This document shows, piece by piece, positions 19,601 through 29,759 of a stretch of 32,000 nucleotides of DNA (position 1 is the first letter of the stretch; each line of letters starts with the position of its first letter). The notes beneath the pieces were generated by a model. It had not been told where the DNA came from. It searched no databases and saw nothing but the letters and a program-made list of their open reading frames with translations. The translations under genes were made by a program, and so were the position numbers. Origin of the DNA: Nonlabens ponticola (GTDB taxonomy: Bacteria; Bacteroidota; Bacteroidia; Flavobacteriales; Flavobacteriaceae); the NCBI RefSeq assembly GCF_003966335.1, contig NZ_CP034549.1:2840101-2872100 (forward strand), read 5' to 3'.

Positions 19601-21004
19601 TAGTGTACCGTTGGCGCCTTCCAATAGAACGTCCTCAAGGGTGATGTTCGTCAGCGTCGTGCTTCCGGTATTCGTTACCCTGAAGCTGTACGTGATCGTC
19701 TCGCCCACCTGTGCCGTACCGTTGCCGGCATCATCCGTATCACCGCTGCCGGCATCATCAAACACCGACGTCTTGATCACCGCGATGCTGCTGTCCTGTC
19801 CCAGGTCCGTATCCGTTGGATCGTCGCCTACGTTGCTGTCATCATCCGAGTCATCACTTACAGTGTTGCCATCCGGAGTCTCTCCGCTCACCACTGCCTG
19901 GTTGCGTACAAAGCCGCGGTCGATGTCATCCTGAGTGATCGTATAGCTACCCGTAAAGGTCGTATCGTCAAAGGCTCCCGGTGACAGGCTAGCGATAGGA
20001 CCGCCGCTTAGTGTACCGTTGGCGCCCTCCAATAGAACGTCCTCAAGGGTGATGTTCGTCAGCGTCGTGCTTCCGGTATTCGTTACCCTGAAGCTGTACG
20101 TGATCGTCTCGCCCACCTGTGCCGTACCGTTGCCGTCATCATCCGTATCACCGCTGCCGGCATCATCAAACACCGACGTCTTGATCACCGCGATGCTGCT
20201 GTCCTGTCCCAGGTCCGTATCCGTTGGATCGTCGCCCACGTTGCTGTCATCATCCGAGTCATCACTTACCGTGTTGCCATCCGGAGTCTCTCCGCTCACC
20301 ACTGCCTGGTTGCGTACAAAGCCGCGGTCGATGTCATCCTGAGTGATCGTATAGCTACCCGTAAAGGTCGTATCGTCAAAGGCTCCCGGTGACAGGCTAG
20401 CGATAGGACCGCCGCTTAGTGTACCGTTGGCGCCTTCCAATAGAACGTCCTCAAGGGTGATGTTCGTCAGCGTCGTGCTTCCGGTATTCGTTACCCTGAA
20501 GCTGTACGTGATCGTCTCGCCCACCTGTGCCGTACCGTTGCCGGCATCATCCGTATCACCGCTGCCGGCATCATCAAACACCGACGTCTTGATCACCGCG
20601 ATGCTGCTGTCCTGTCCCAGGTCCGTATCCGTTGGATCGTCGCCCACGTTGCTGTCATCATCCGAGTCATCACTTACAGTGTTGCCATCCGGAGTCTCTC
20701 CGCTCACCACTGCCTGGTTGCGTACAAAGCCGCGGTCGATGTCCTCCTGAGTGATCGTATAGCTACCCGTAAAGGTCGTATCGTCAAAGGCTCCCGGTGA
20801 CAGGCTAGCGATAGGACCGCCGCTTAGTGTACCGTTGGCGCCTTCCAATAGAACGTCCTCAAGGGTGATGTTCGTCAGCGTCGTGCTTCCGGTATTCGTT
20901 ACCCTGAAGCTGTACGTGATCGTCTCGCCCACCTGTGCCGTACCGTTGCCGTCATCATCCGTATCACCGCTGCCGGCGTCATCAAACACCGACGTCTTGA
21001 TCAC
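16604..21004 (-). CDS. Longest uninterrupted 3'-terminal frame of the adhesin gene (1466 codons); not an independent gene
   Basis: It comprises 4 array-A units, one AT-rich DUF11-like domain, the polyacidic TSP3-like region and the type-B CTD. The stop is TAG at 16604-16606. Confidence 0.85.
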   Translation of the reverse strand: MIKTSVFDDAGSGDTDDDGNGTAQVGETITYSFRVTNTGSTTLTNITLEDVLLEGANGTLSGGPIASLSPGAFDDTTFTGSYTITQEDIDRGFVRNQAVVSGETPDGNTVSDDSDDDSNVGDDPTDTDLGQDSSIAVIKTSVFDDAGSGDTDDAGNGTAQVGETITYSFRVTNTGSTTLTNITLEDVLLEGANGTLSGGPIASLSPGAFDDTTFTGSYTITQDDIDRGFVRNQAVVSGETPDGNTVSDDSDDDSNVGDDPTDTDLGQDSSIAVIKTSVFDDAGSGDTDDDGNGTAQVGETITYSFRVTNTGSTTLTNITLEDVLLEGANGTLSGGPIASLSPGAFDDTTFTGSYTITQDDIDRGFVRNQAVVSGETPDGNTVSDDSDDDSNVGDDPTDTDLGQDSSIAVIKTSVFDDAGSGDTDDAGNGTAQVGETITYSFRVTNTGSTTLTNITLEDVLLEGANGTLSGGPIASLSPGAFDDTTFTGSYTITQDDIDRGFVRNQAVVSGETPDGNTVSDDSDDDSNVGDDPTDTDLGQKSSMSITKAAREQFFRNIGDVITYDIVITNTGNITLTDVVISDDNADAGSIMPDTFNSIAPGESVIATVTQTIDEDDVRNNRAINSLIGIGEDVNGVDVTDTSDDPNNPNDFDENNDGEPDDPTIVSIDRDNDSIPDNIDLDDDNDGITDIEELDGFDPDIDNDGDGVPSYLDDDDNDFFVGNEDGLFDPSLDLDGDGIPNQLDLDVDDDGIYDVVETGNSDLDVDNDGMVDGPAGVNGIPDAAEDDGVDGNGVGDDPLESDLDDDDIPNYKDQDSDGDGITDNIESQSSADYILPSGMDSDSNGVDDAYDTNGAPIEPVNTDEDFDNGNDDDGGDELPDYLDLDSDNDNVPDSIEGSDYNADGVADVDPSGVDNDGDGLDDAYDGSLGDFEDPNGLLVIDNPFDLPNRDGANDNPDFRDRDDDDDGLLTFEGGGDDNDPEQGEDVDNDGDPTNDDTDGDGTPNYLDATDDTNLFDEDDDNDGIPDIVEVGSNPDIDNDGDGVPAYLDDDDNDPTVGDDDNAVNPEFDTDGDGISNHLDLDSDNDGIYDVNETGNSALDADNDGMVDGPEGVNGIPDAVEDDGIDGNGVSTAPRETDTDLLPDYLDQDSDNDGITDNVESQDTFDYISPSGQDEDNNGVDDAYDTNGSPIEEFNFDGDDLQDYIDSDSDNDNVLDRLEGHDFDHDGIADVSPSDQDIDNDGLNDAYDGDTSGYGDPDGLELDGDPSELPDLDGTEDVDYRDIDDDGDTVNTVFEDYDGDDNPVDQDTDGDGIPDYLDDNDDGDAFDTIDEGPDPDNDQNPNTGNTRDTDGDGIFDYLEFDEEVVCGEPIVYNGISPDGNSRNDFLVIENLDCFSTNDLQIFNRWGVLVYETESYGVNGNVFRGISEGRATIQQGEELPVGTYYYVLNYQDDESGERKSVAGYIYIQR
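16607..16921 (-). other. T9SS type B C-terminal sorting domain (gliding-motility-associated CTD type)
   Basis: The last 105 aa are [28 protein letters not shown]...[13 protein letters not shown]...[12 protein letters not shown]...AGYIYIQR. This fits the pattern NgisPnGDg.ND.f.I....l.IfNRWG..Vf....lp.GtYyY. Confidence 0.85.
16922..19002 (-). repeat. Polyacidic thrombospondin-type-3-like calcium-binding repeat region, made of two diverged ~340-aa copies (16922-17956 and 17957-18964)
   Basis: Dozens of DxDxDGxxDxxD-type motifs occur ([43 protein letters not shown]). The two halves align block for block. Confidence 0.8.
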
Positions 21005-24000
21005 CGCGATGCTGCTGTCCTGTCCCAGGTCCGTATCCGTTGGATCGTCGCCACGTTGCTGTCATCATCCGAGTCATCACTTACAGTGTTGCCATCCGGA
21101 GTCTCTCCGCTCACCACTGCCTGGTTGCGTACAAAGCCGCGGTCGATGTCATCCTGAGTGATCGTATAGCTACCCGTAAAGGTCGTATCGTCAAAGGCTC
21201 CGGTGACAGGCTAGCGATAGGACCGCCGCTTAGTGTACCGTTGGCGCCTTCCAATAGAACGTCCTCAAGGGTGATGTTCGTCAGCGTCGTGCTTCCGGTA
21301 TTCGTTACCCTGAAGCTGTACGTGATCGTCTCGCCCACCTGTGCCGTACCGTTGCCGTCATCATCCGTATCACCGCTGCCGGCATCATCAAACACCGACG
21401 TCTTGATCACCGCGATGCTGCTGTCCTGTCCAGGTCCGTATCCGTTGGATCGTCGCCCACGTTGCTGTCATCATCCGAGTCATCACTTACCGTGTTGCCA
21501 TCCGGAGTCTCACCACTGACCACTGCCTGGTTGCGTACAAAGCCGCGGTCGATGTCATCCTGAGTGATCGTATAGCTGCCCGTAAAGGTCGTATCGTCAA
21601 AGGCTCCCGGTGACAGGCTAGCGATAGGACGCCGCTTAGTGTACCGTTGGCGCCTTCCAATAGAACGTCCTCAAGGGTGATGTTCGTCAGCGTCGTGCTT
21701 CCGGTATTCGTTACCCTGAAGCTGTACGTGATCGTCTCACCCACCTGTGCCGTACCGTTGCGTCATCATCCGTATCACCGCTGCCGGCGTCATCAACACC
21801 GACGTCTTGATCACCGCGATGCTGCTGTCCTGTCCCAGGTCCGTATCCGTTGGATCGTCGCCACGTTGCTGTCATCATCCGAGTCATCACTTACAGTGTT
21901 GCCATCCGGAGTCTCTCCGCTCACCACTGCCTGGTTGCGTACAAAGCCGCGGTCGATGTCATCCTGAGTGATCGTATAGCTACCCGTAAAGGTCGTATCG
22001 TCAAAGGCTCCCGTGACAGGCTAGCGATAGGACCGCCGCTTAGTGTACCGTTGGCGCCTTCCAATAGAACGTCCTCAAGGGTGATGTTCGTCAGCGTCGT
22101 GCTTCCGGTATTCGTTACCCTGAAGCTGTACGTGATCGTCTCGCCCACCTGTGCCGTACCGTTGCCGGCATCATCCGTATCACCGCTGCCGGCATCATCA
22201 AACACCGACGTCTTGATCACCGCGATGCTGCTGTCCTGTCCCAGGTCCGTATCCGTTGGATCGTCGCCTACGTTGCTGTCATCATCCGAGTCATCACTTA
22301 CAGTGTTGCCATCCGGAGTCTCTCCGCTCACCACTGCCTGGTTGCGTACAAAGCCGCGGTCGATGTCCTCCTGAGTGATCGTATAGCTACCCGTAAAGGT
22401 CGTATCGTCAAAGGCTCCCGGTGACAGGCTAGCGATAGGACCGCCGCTTAGTGTACCGTTGGCGCCCTCCAATAGAACGTCCTCAAGGGTGATGTTCGTC
22501 AGCGTCGTGCTTCCGGTATTCGTTACCCTGAAGCTGTACGTGATCGTCTCACCCACCTGTGCCGTACCGTTGCCGTCATCATCCGTATCACCGCTGCCGG
22601 CGTCATCAAACACCGACGTCTTGATCACCGCGATGCTGCTGTCCTGTCCCAGGTCCGTATCCGTTGGATCGTCGCCCACGTTGCTGTCATCATCCGAGTC
22701 ATCACTTACCGTGTTGCCATCCGGAGTCTCTCCGCTCACCACTGCCTGGTTGCGTACAAAGCCGCGGTCGATGTCATCCTGAGTGATCGTATAGCTACCC
22801 GTAAAGGTCGTATCGTCAAAGGCTCCCGGTGACAGGCTAGCGATAGGACCGCCGCTTAGTGTACCGTTGGCGCCTTCCAATAGAACGTCCTCAAGGGTGA
22901 TGTTCGTCAGCGTCGTGCTTCCGGTATTCGTTACCCTGAAGCTGTACGTGATCGTCTCGCCCACCTGTGCCGTACCGTTGCCGTCATCATCCGTATCACC
23001 GCTGCCGGCATCATCAAACACCGACGTCTTGATCACCGCGATGCTGCTGTCCTGTCCCAGGTCCGTATCCGTTGGATCGTCGCCCACGTTGCTGTCATCA
23101 TCCGAGTCATCACTTACCGTGTTGCCATCCGGAGCTCTCCGCTCACCACTGCCTGGTTGCGTACAAAGCCGCGGTCGATGTCCTCCTGAGTGATCGTATA
23201 GCTACCCGTAAAGGTCGTATCGTCAAAGGCTCCCGGTGACAGGCTAGCGATAGGACCGCCTTAGTGTACCGTTGGCGCCTTCCAATAGAACGTCCTCAAG
23301 GGTGATGTTCGTCAGCGTCGTGCTTCCGGTATTCGTTACCCTGAAGCTGTACGTGATCGTCTCGCCACCTGTGCCGTACCGTTGCCGTCATCATCCGTAT
23401 CACCGCTGCCGGCGTCATCAAACACCGACGTCTTGATCACCGCGATGCTGCTGTCCTGTCCCAGTCCGTATCCGTTGGATCGTCGCCCACGTTGCTGTCA
23501 TCATCCGAGTCATCACTTACCGTGTGCCATCCGGAGTCTCACCACTGACCACTGCCTGGTTGCGTACAAAGCCGCGGTCGATGTCATCCTGAGTGATCGT
23601 ATAGCTGCCCGTAAAGGTCGTATCGTCAAAGGCTCCCGGTGACAGGCTAGCGATAGGACCGCCGCTTAGTGTACCGTTGGCGCCTTCCAATAGAACGTCC
23701 TCAAGGGTGATGTTCGTCAGCGTCGTGCTTCCGGTATTCGTTACCTGAAGCTGTACGTGATCGTCTCACCCACCTGTGCCGTACCGTTGCCGTCATCATC
23801 CGTATCACCGCTGCGGCGTCATCCACACCGACGTCTTGATCACCGCGATGCTGCTGTCCTGTCCCAGGTCCGTATCCGTTGGATCGTCGCCCACGTTGCT
23901 GTCATCATCCGAGTCATCACTTACAGTGTTGCCATCCGGAGTCTCTCCGCTCACCACTGCCTGGTTGCGTACAAAGCCGCGGTCGATGTCATCCTGAGTG

Positions 24001-25082
24001 ATCGTATAGCTACCCGTAAAGGTCGTATCGTCAAAGGCTCCCGGTGACAGGCTAGCGATAGGACCGCCGCTTAGTGTACCGTTGGCGCCTTCCAATAGAA
24101 CGTCCTCAAGGGTGATGTTCGTCAGCGTCGTGCTTCCGGTATTCGTTACCCTGAAGCTGTACGTGATCGTCTCGCCCACCTGTGCCGTACCGTTGCCGGC
24201 ATCATCCGTATCACCGCTGCCGGCATCATCAAACACCGACGTCTTGATCACCGCGATGCTGCTGTCCTGTCCCAGGTCCGTATCCGTTGGATCGTCGCCT
24301 ACGTTGCTGTCATCATCCGAGTCATCACTTACAGTGTTGCCATCCGGAGTCTCTCCGCTCACCACTGCCTGGTTGCGTACAAAGCCGCGGTCGATGTCAT
24401 CCTGAGTGATCGTATAGCTACCCGTAAAGGTCGTATCGTCAAAGGCTCCCGGTGACAGGCTAGCGATAGGACCGCCGCTTAGTGTACCGTTGGCGCCCTC
24501 CAATAGAACGTCCTCAAGGGTGATGTTCGTCAGCGTCGTGCTTCCGGTATTCGTTACCCTGAAGCTGTACGTGATCGTCTCGCCCACCTGTGCCGTACCG
24601 TTGCCGTCATCATCCGTATCACCGCTGCCGGCATCATCAAACACCGACGTCTTGATCACCGCGATGCTGCTGTCCTGTCCAGGTCCGTATCCGTTGGATC
24701 GTCGCCCACGTTGCTGTCATCATCCGAGTCATCACTTACCGTGTTGCCATCCGGAGTCTCTCCGCTCACCACTGCCTGGTTGCGTACAAAGCCGCGGTCG
24801 ATGTCATCCTGAGTGATCGTATAGCTGCCCGTAAAGGTCGTATCGTCAAAGGCTCCCGGTGACAGGCTGGCGATAGGACCGCCGCTTAGTGTACCGTTGG
24901 CGCCCTCCAATAGCACGTCCTCAAGGGTGATGTTCGTCAGCGTCGTGCTTCCGGTATTCGTTACCCTGAAGCTGTACGTGATCGTCTCGCCTACCTGTGC
25001 CGTACCGTTGCCGTCATCATCCGTATCTCCGCTGCCGGCGTCATCAAACACCGACGTCTTGATCACCGCGATGCTGCTGTCT
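19388..25082 (-). repeat. Tandem array A: 14 x 408 bp (136 aa) near-identical DUF11-like ('conserved repeat domain') units
   Basis: The phase markers lie at 19611, 20019, 20427 and 20835, exactly 408 bp apart. They continue at 21647, 22459, 22867, 24082, 24490 and 24897, with every shortfall accounted for by small deletions. The unit is [16 protein letters not shown](D/A)[68 protein letters not shown](D/E)[50 protein letters not shown]. Confidence 0.95.
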
Positions 25083-25904
25083 TCTAATAATAGAGTGATG
25101 GTTGGATCATCTGGCTCACCGTCTGCTTCTGTATCTACATCTGCATTGTTATCTGGATCGTCACTGATATCTTGTATAACAGCATCCGATGGGGAATCAG
25201 CCGAGACAGTAGCACTATTTTGATAGCGACCAGCGTCAATATCGTCTTGGGTTAAAATATAAGTTCCCGTAAATGTTGTGCTGTCAGAAGCTCCAGGCTC
25301 CAACTGGGCAATCGCCGTACCTGTCACTGTCGTTCCAAGGTCTGAAACTTGAAGATTTGATAATGTAGTGGTTCCTGTATTTGTAATGACAAATTTGATA
25401 TGAAATAATATCGCCGGCGTCGGCAACAGAATTACCATTGGAATCCTCATAAGTGTCAATTTTCAATAAAGTTACGGAGCTAGAAGGGTCGAATGATACA
25501 ACCGTAGGGTCATCTGGCTCACCGTCACCATTATTATCAATATTATCTGTGTTCAAAGGATCATCTGAATCATCCACCACTATGATACCATTAGGATCTG
25601 TGGCTTCTACGCTAGCTTGATTTATAAATGATAAATTATCAATATCTGATTGTTGAATAGTATAAAATGCTGAATACGAAGCATTGTCAGATTCTCCAGG
25701 AACTAGCACAGCAATCCCACTCCCATTGACAACTACTCCAGCAGTAAGATCTGAAACAGTGATACCTGTCAATGTAGTATTTCCAGTGTTAGTTATTCTA
25801 AACGAGTATAGAATGCGATCACCAGCATCAATTACTCCATTACCATTGAAGTCTGATGCGACTCCTTGTTTGGAGAGTTGAATTTCGGAGTTGGGATCAA
25901 GAAC
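25083..25904 (-). other. Two divergent, AT-rich DUF11-like domains separating the two arrays
   Basis: The fragments read ...VITNTGTTTLSNLQVSDL...YILTQDDIDAGRYQNSATV...[13 protein letters not shown] and ...TGITVSDLTAGVV...YTIQQSDIDNLSFINQASV...GEPDDPTVVSF. The frame changes once near 25400-25440. A hand-counted 60-nt sample was about 42% GC. Confidence 0.7.
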
Positions 25905-28900
25905 TGTCGTCGTGGTATCATCCTCCAGGTTGCTGTCGTCATCAATACGTCGCTCACATCGTCGCCGTCATCAGTCGTTCCCGTGGCAGTGGCCTGGTTG
26001 TTCACGAAGCTCGTCGATGTCTGCCTGCGTGAGCGTCAACGATCCCGTGATCGTTACGTACCCGGTGCCAGATCGCGATTGGGCTGCCCGTGATGCTACC
26101 GTTGGGTGCCACCAGTAATGGGTCGCTCACCGTGATGTTGTTGAGCGCCGTGTCTCCGGTATTGGTTCCGTAAAGTCATAGTCGATCGTCTCGCCTACCT
26201 GGGCGAAACCATCTCTATTGGCGTCGTTGAACGTACCTTCCTTGATGATCGCGATGCTGTTGTCCTGTGGAAGTGGCGTCGTCGTCGTATCATCCTCCAG
26301 GTTGCTGTCGTCATCGGATACGTCGCTCACATCGTCGCCGTCATCAGTCGTTCCAGTGGCAGTGGCCTGGTTGTTCACGAAGCCTCGGTCGATGTCTGCC
26401 TGCGTGAGCGTCAACGATCCCGTGATCGTTACACTAGCGCCTGGTGCCAGATCCGCGATTGGGCTGCCCGTGATGCTACCGTTGGGTGCCACCAGTAATG
26501 GGTCGCTCACCGTGATGTTGTTGAGCGCCGTGTCTCCGGTATTGGTGACCGTAAAGTCGTAGTCGATCGTCTCGCCTACCTGGGCAAAGCCATCTGCGTT
26601 GGCATCGTTGAACGTACCTTCCTTGATGATCGCGATGCTGTTGTCCTGTGGAAGTGGCGTCGTCGTCGTATCATCCTCCAGGTTGCTGTCGTCATCGGAT
26701 ACGTCGCTCACATCGTCGCCGTCATCAGTCGTTCCCGTGGCAGTGGCCTGGTTGTTCACGAAGCCTCGGTCGATGTCTGCCTGCGTGAGCGTCAACGATC
26801 CCGTGATCGTTACACTAGTACCCGGTGCCAGATCCGCGATTGGGCTGCCCGTGATGCTACCGTTGGGTGCCACCAGTAATGGGTCGCTCACCGTGATGTT
26901 GTTGAGCGCCGTGTCTCCGGTATTGGTGACCGTAAAGTCATAGTCGATCGTCTCGCCTACCTGGGCAAACCATCTCTATTTGGCGTCGTGAACGTACCTT
27001 CCTTGATGATCGCGATGCTGTTGTCCTGTGGAAGTGGCGTCGTCGTCGTATCATCCTCCAGGTTGCTGTCGTCATCGGATACGTCGCTCACATCGTCGCG
27101 CCGTCATCAGTCGTTCCAGTGGCAGTGGCCTGGTTGTTCACGAAGCCTCGGTCGATGTCCGCCTGCGTGAGCGTCAACGATCCCGTGATCGTTACACTAG
27201 TACCCGGTGCCAGATCCGCGATTGGGCTGCCCGTGATGCTACCGTTGGGTGCCACAGTAATGGGTCGCTCACCGTGATGTTGTTGAGCGCCGTGTCTCCG
27301 GTATTGGTTACCGTAAAGTCATAGTCGATCGTCTCGCCTACCTGGGCAAAGCCATCTGCGTTGGCATCGTTTGAACGTACCTTCCTTGATGATCGCGATG
27401 CTGTTGTCCTGTGGAAGTGGCGTCGTCGTCGTATCATCCTCCAGGTTGCTGTCGTCATCAGATACGTCGCTCACATCGTCGCCGTCATCCGTCGTTCCAG
27501 TGGCAGTGGCCTGGTTGTTCACGAAGCCTCGGTCGATGTCTGCCTGCGTGAGCGTCAACGATCCCGTGATCGTTACACTAGCGCCTGGTGCCAGATCCGC
27601 GATTGGGCTGCCCGTGATGCTACCGTTGGGTGCCACCAGTAATGGGTCGCTCACCGTGATGTTGTTGAGCGCCGTGTCTCCGGTATTGGTGACCGTAAAG
27701 TCGTAGTCGATCGTCTCGCCTACCTGGGCAAAGCCATCTGCGTTGGCATCGTTGAACGTACCTTCCTTGATGATCGCGATGCTGTTGTCCTGTGGAAGTG
27801 GCGTCGTCGTCGTATCATCCTCCAGGTTGCTGTCGTCATCAGATACGTCGCTCACATCGTCGCCGTCATCCGTCGTTCCCGTGGCAGTGGCCTGGTTGTT
27901 CACGAAGCCTCGGTCGATGTCTGCCTGCGTGAGCGTCAACGATCCCGTGATCGTTACACTAGTACCCGGTGCCAGATCCGCGATTGGGCTGCCCGTGATG
28001 CTACCGTTGGGTGCCACCAGTAATGGGTCGCTCACCGTGATGTTGTTGAGCGCCGTGTCTCCGGTATTGGTGACCGTAAAGTCGTAGTCGATCGTCTCGC
28101 CTACCTGGGCAAAACCATCTGCGTTTGGCATCGTTGAACGTACCTTCCTTGATGATCGCGATGCTGTTGTCCTGTGGAAGTGGCGTCGTCGTCGTATCAT
28201 CCTCCAGGTTGCTGTCGTCATCGGATACGTCGCTCACATCGTCGCCGTCATCAGTCGTTCCCGTGGCAGTGGCTGGTTGTTCACGAAGCCTCGGTCGATG
28301 TCTGCCTGCGTGAGCGTCAACGATCCCGTGATCGTTACACTAGCGCCTGGTGCCAGATCCGCGATTGGGCTGCCCGTGATGCTACCGTTGGGTGCCACCA
28401 GTAATGGGTCGCTCACCGTGATGTTGTTGAGTGCCGTGTCTCCGGTATTGGTGACCGTAAAGTCGTAGTCGATCGTCTCGCCTACCTGGGCAAAGCCATC
28501 TGCGTTGGCATCGTTGAACGTACCTTCCTTGATGATCGCGATGCTGTTGTCCTGTGGAAGTGGCGTCGTCGTCGTATCATCCTCCAGGTTGCTGTCGTCA
28601 TCAGATACGTCGCTCACATCGTCGCCGTCATCCGTCGTTCCCGTGGCAGTGGCCTGGTTGTTCACGAAGCCTCGGTCGATGTCTGCCTGCGTGAGCGTCA
28701 ACGATCCCGTGATCGTTACACTAGTACCCGGTGCCAGATCCGCGATTGGGCTGCCCGTGATGCTACCGTTGGTGCCACCAGTAATGGGTCGCTCACCGTG
28801 ATGTTGTTGAGCGCCGTGTCTCCGGTATTGGTGACCGTAAAGTCGTAGTCGATCGTCTCGCCTACCTGGGCAAAGCCATCTGCGTTGGCATCGTTGAACG

Positions 28901-29759
28901 TACCTTCCTTGATGATCGCGATGCTGTTGTCCTGTGGAAGTGGCGTCGTCGTCGTATCATCCTCCAGGTTGCTGTCGTCATCGATACGTCGCTCACATCG
29001 TCGCCGTCATCAGTCGTTCCCGTGGCAGTGGCCTGGTTGTTCACGAAGCCTCGGTCGATGTCTGCCTGCGTGAGCGTCAACGATCCCGTGATCGTTACAC
29101 TAGCGCCTGGTGCCAGATCCGCGATTGGGCTGCCCGTGATGCTACCGTTGGGTGCCACCAGTAATGGGTCGCTCACCGTGATGTTGTTGAGTGCCGTGTC
29201 TCCGGTATTGGTGACCGTAAAGTCGTAGTCGATCGTCTCGCCTACCTGGGCAAAGCCATCTGCGTTGGCATCGTTGAACGTACCTTCCTTGATGATCGCG
29301 ATGCTGTTGTCCTGTGGAAGTGGCGTCGTCGTCGTATCATCCTCCAGGTTGCTGTCGTCATCGGATACGTCGCTCACATCGTCGCCGTCATCAGTCGTTC
29401 CCGTGGCAGTGGCCTGGTTGTTCACGAAGCCTCGGTCGATGTCTGCCTGCGTGAGCGTCAACGATCCCGTGATCGTTACACTAGCGCCTGGTGCCAGATC
29501 CGCGATTGGGCTGCCCGTGATGCTACCGTTGGTGCCACCAGTAATGGGTCGCTCACCGTGATGTTGTTGAGCGCCGTGTCTCCGGTATTGGTGACCGTAA
29601 AGTCGTAGTCGATCGTCTCGCCTACCTGGGCAAAGCCATCTGCGTTGGCATCGTTGAACGTACCTTCCTTGATGATCGCGATGCTGTTGTCCTGTGGAAG
29701 TGGCGTCGTCGTCGTATCATCTCCAGGTTGCTGTCGTCATCAGATACGTCGCTCACATC
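25905..29759 (-). repeat. Tandem array B: about 10 x 381 bp (127 aa) near-identical DUF11-like units
   Basis: Phase markers lie at 26218, 26599, 27361, 27743, 28125, 28505, 28885, 29265 and 29645. Spacing is 381 bp, plus or minus the single-base indels listed in the findings. The unit is [68 protein letters not shown](A/T)[58 protein letters not shown]. Confidence 0.95.

Noticed and set aside
19218-29561. The ORF track lists a regular series of plus-strand ORFs of 60-174 aa (for example [28 protein letters not shown]... every 408 bp and [20 protein letters not shown]... every 381 bp).
   Set aside because: They are antisense shadows of the minus-strand repeat units. The Asp/Gly/Thr-rich sense codons (GAY, GGN, ACN) leave the opposite strand free of stops. 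The products are low-complexity S/P/V/L strings with no motif. They repeat only because the sense units repeat.
21040-29730. Programmed frameshifting or homopolymer phase variation as the explanation for the frame breaks.
   Set aside because: The tracts involved are only 2-3 nt (CCC, GG, AAA), too short for efficient slipped-strand switching. There are dozens of breaks in both directions rather than one switch. No slippery heptamer or downstream structure pattern is evident.
19388-29759. I asked whether the strictly periodic arrays could be CRISPR-like or satellite non-coding DNA.
   Set aside because: The units are contiguous with no unique spacers. They are 381-408 bp long and multiples of 3. 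Each encodes a complete protein domain, in frame with the flanking domains.
19388-29759. Diversity-generating retroelement (template and variable repeats) as the source of variant positions between units.
   Set aside because: No reverse transcriptase or accessory gene is in the window. The few variable sites are not adenine-specific (for example C/A and T/G changes on the coding strand). There are many copies rather than a TR/VR pair.
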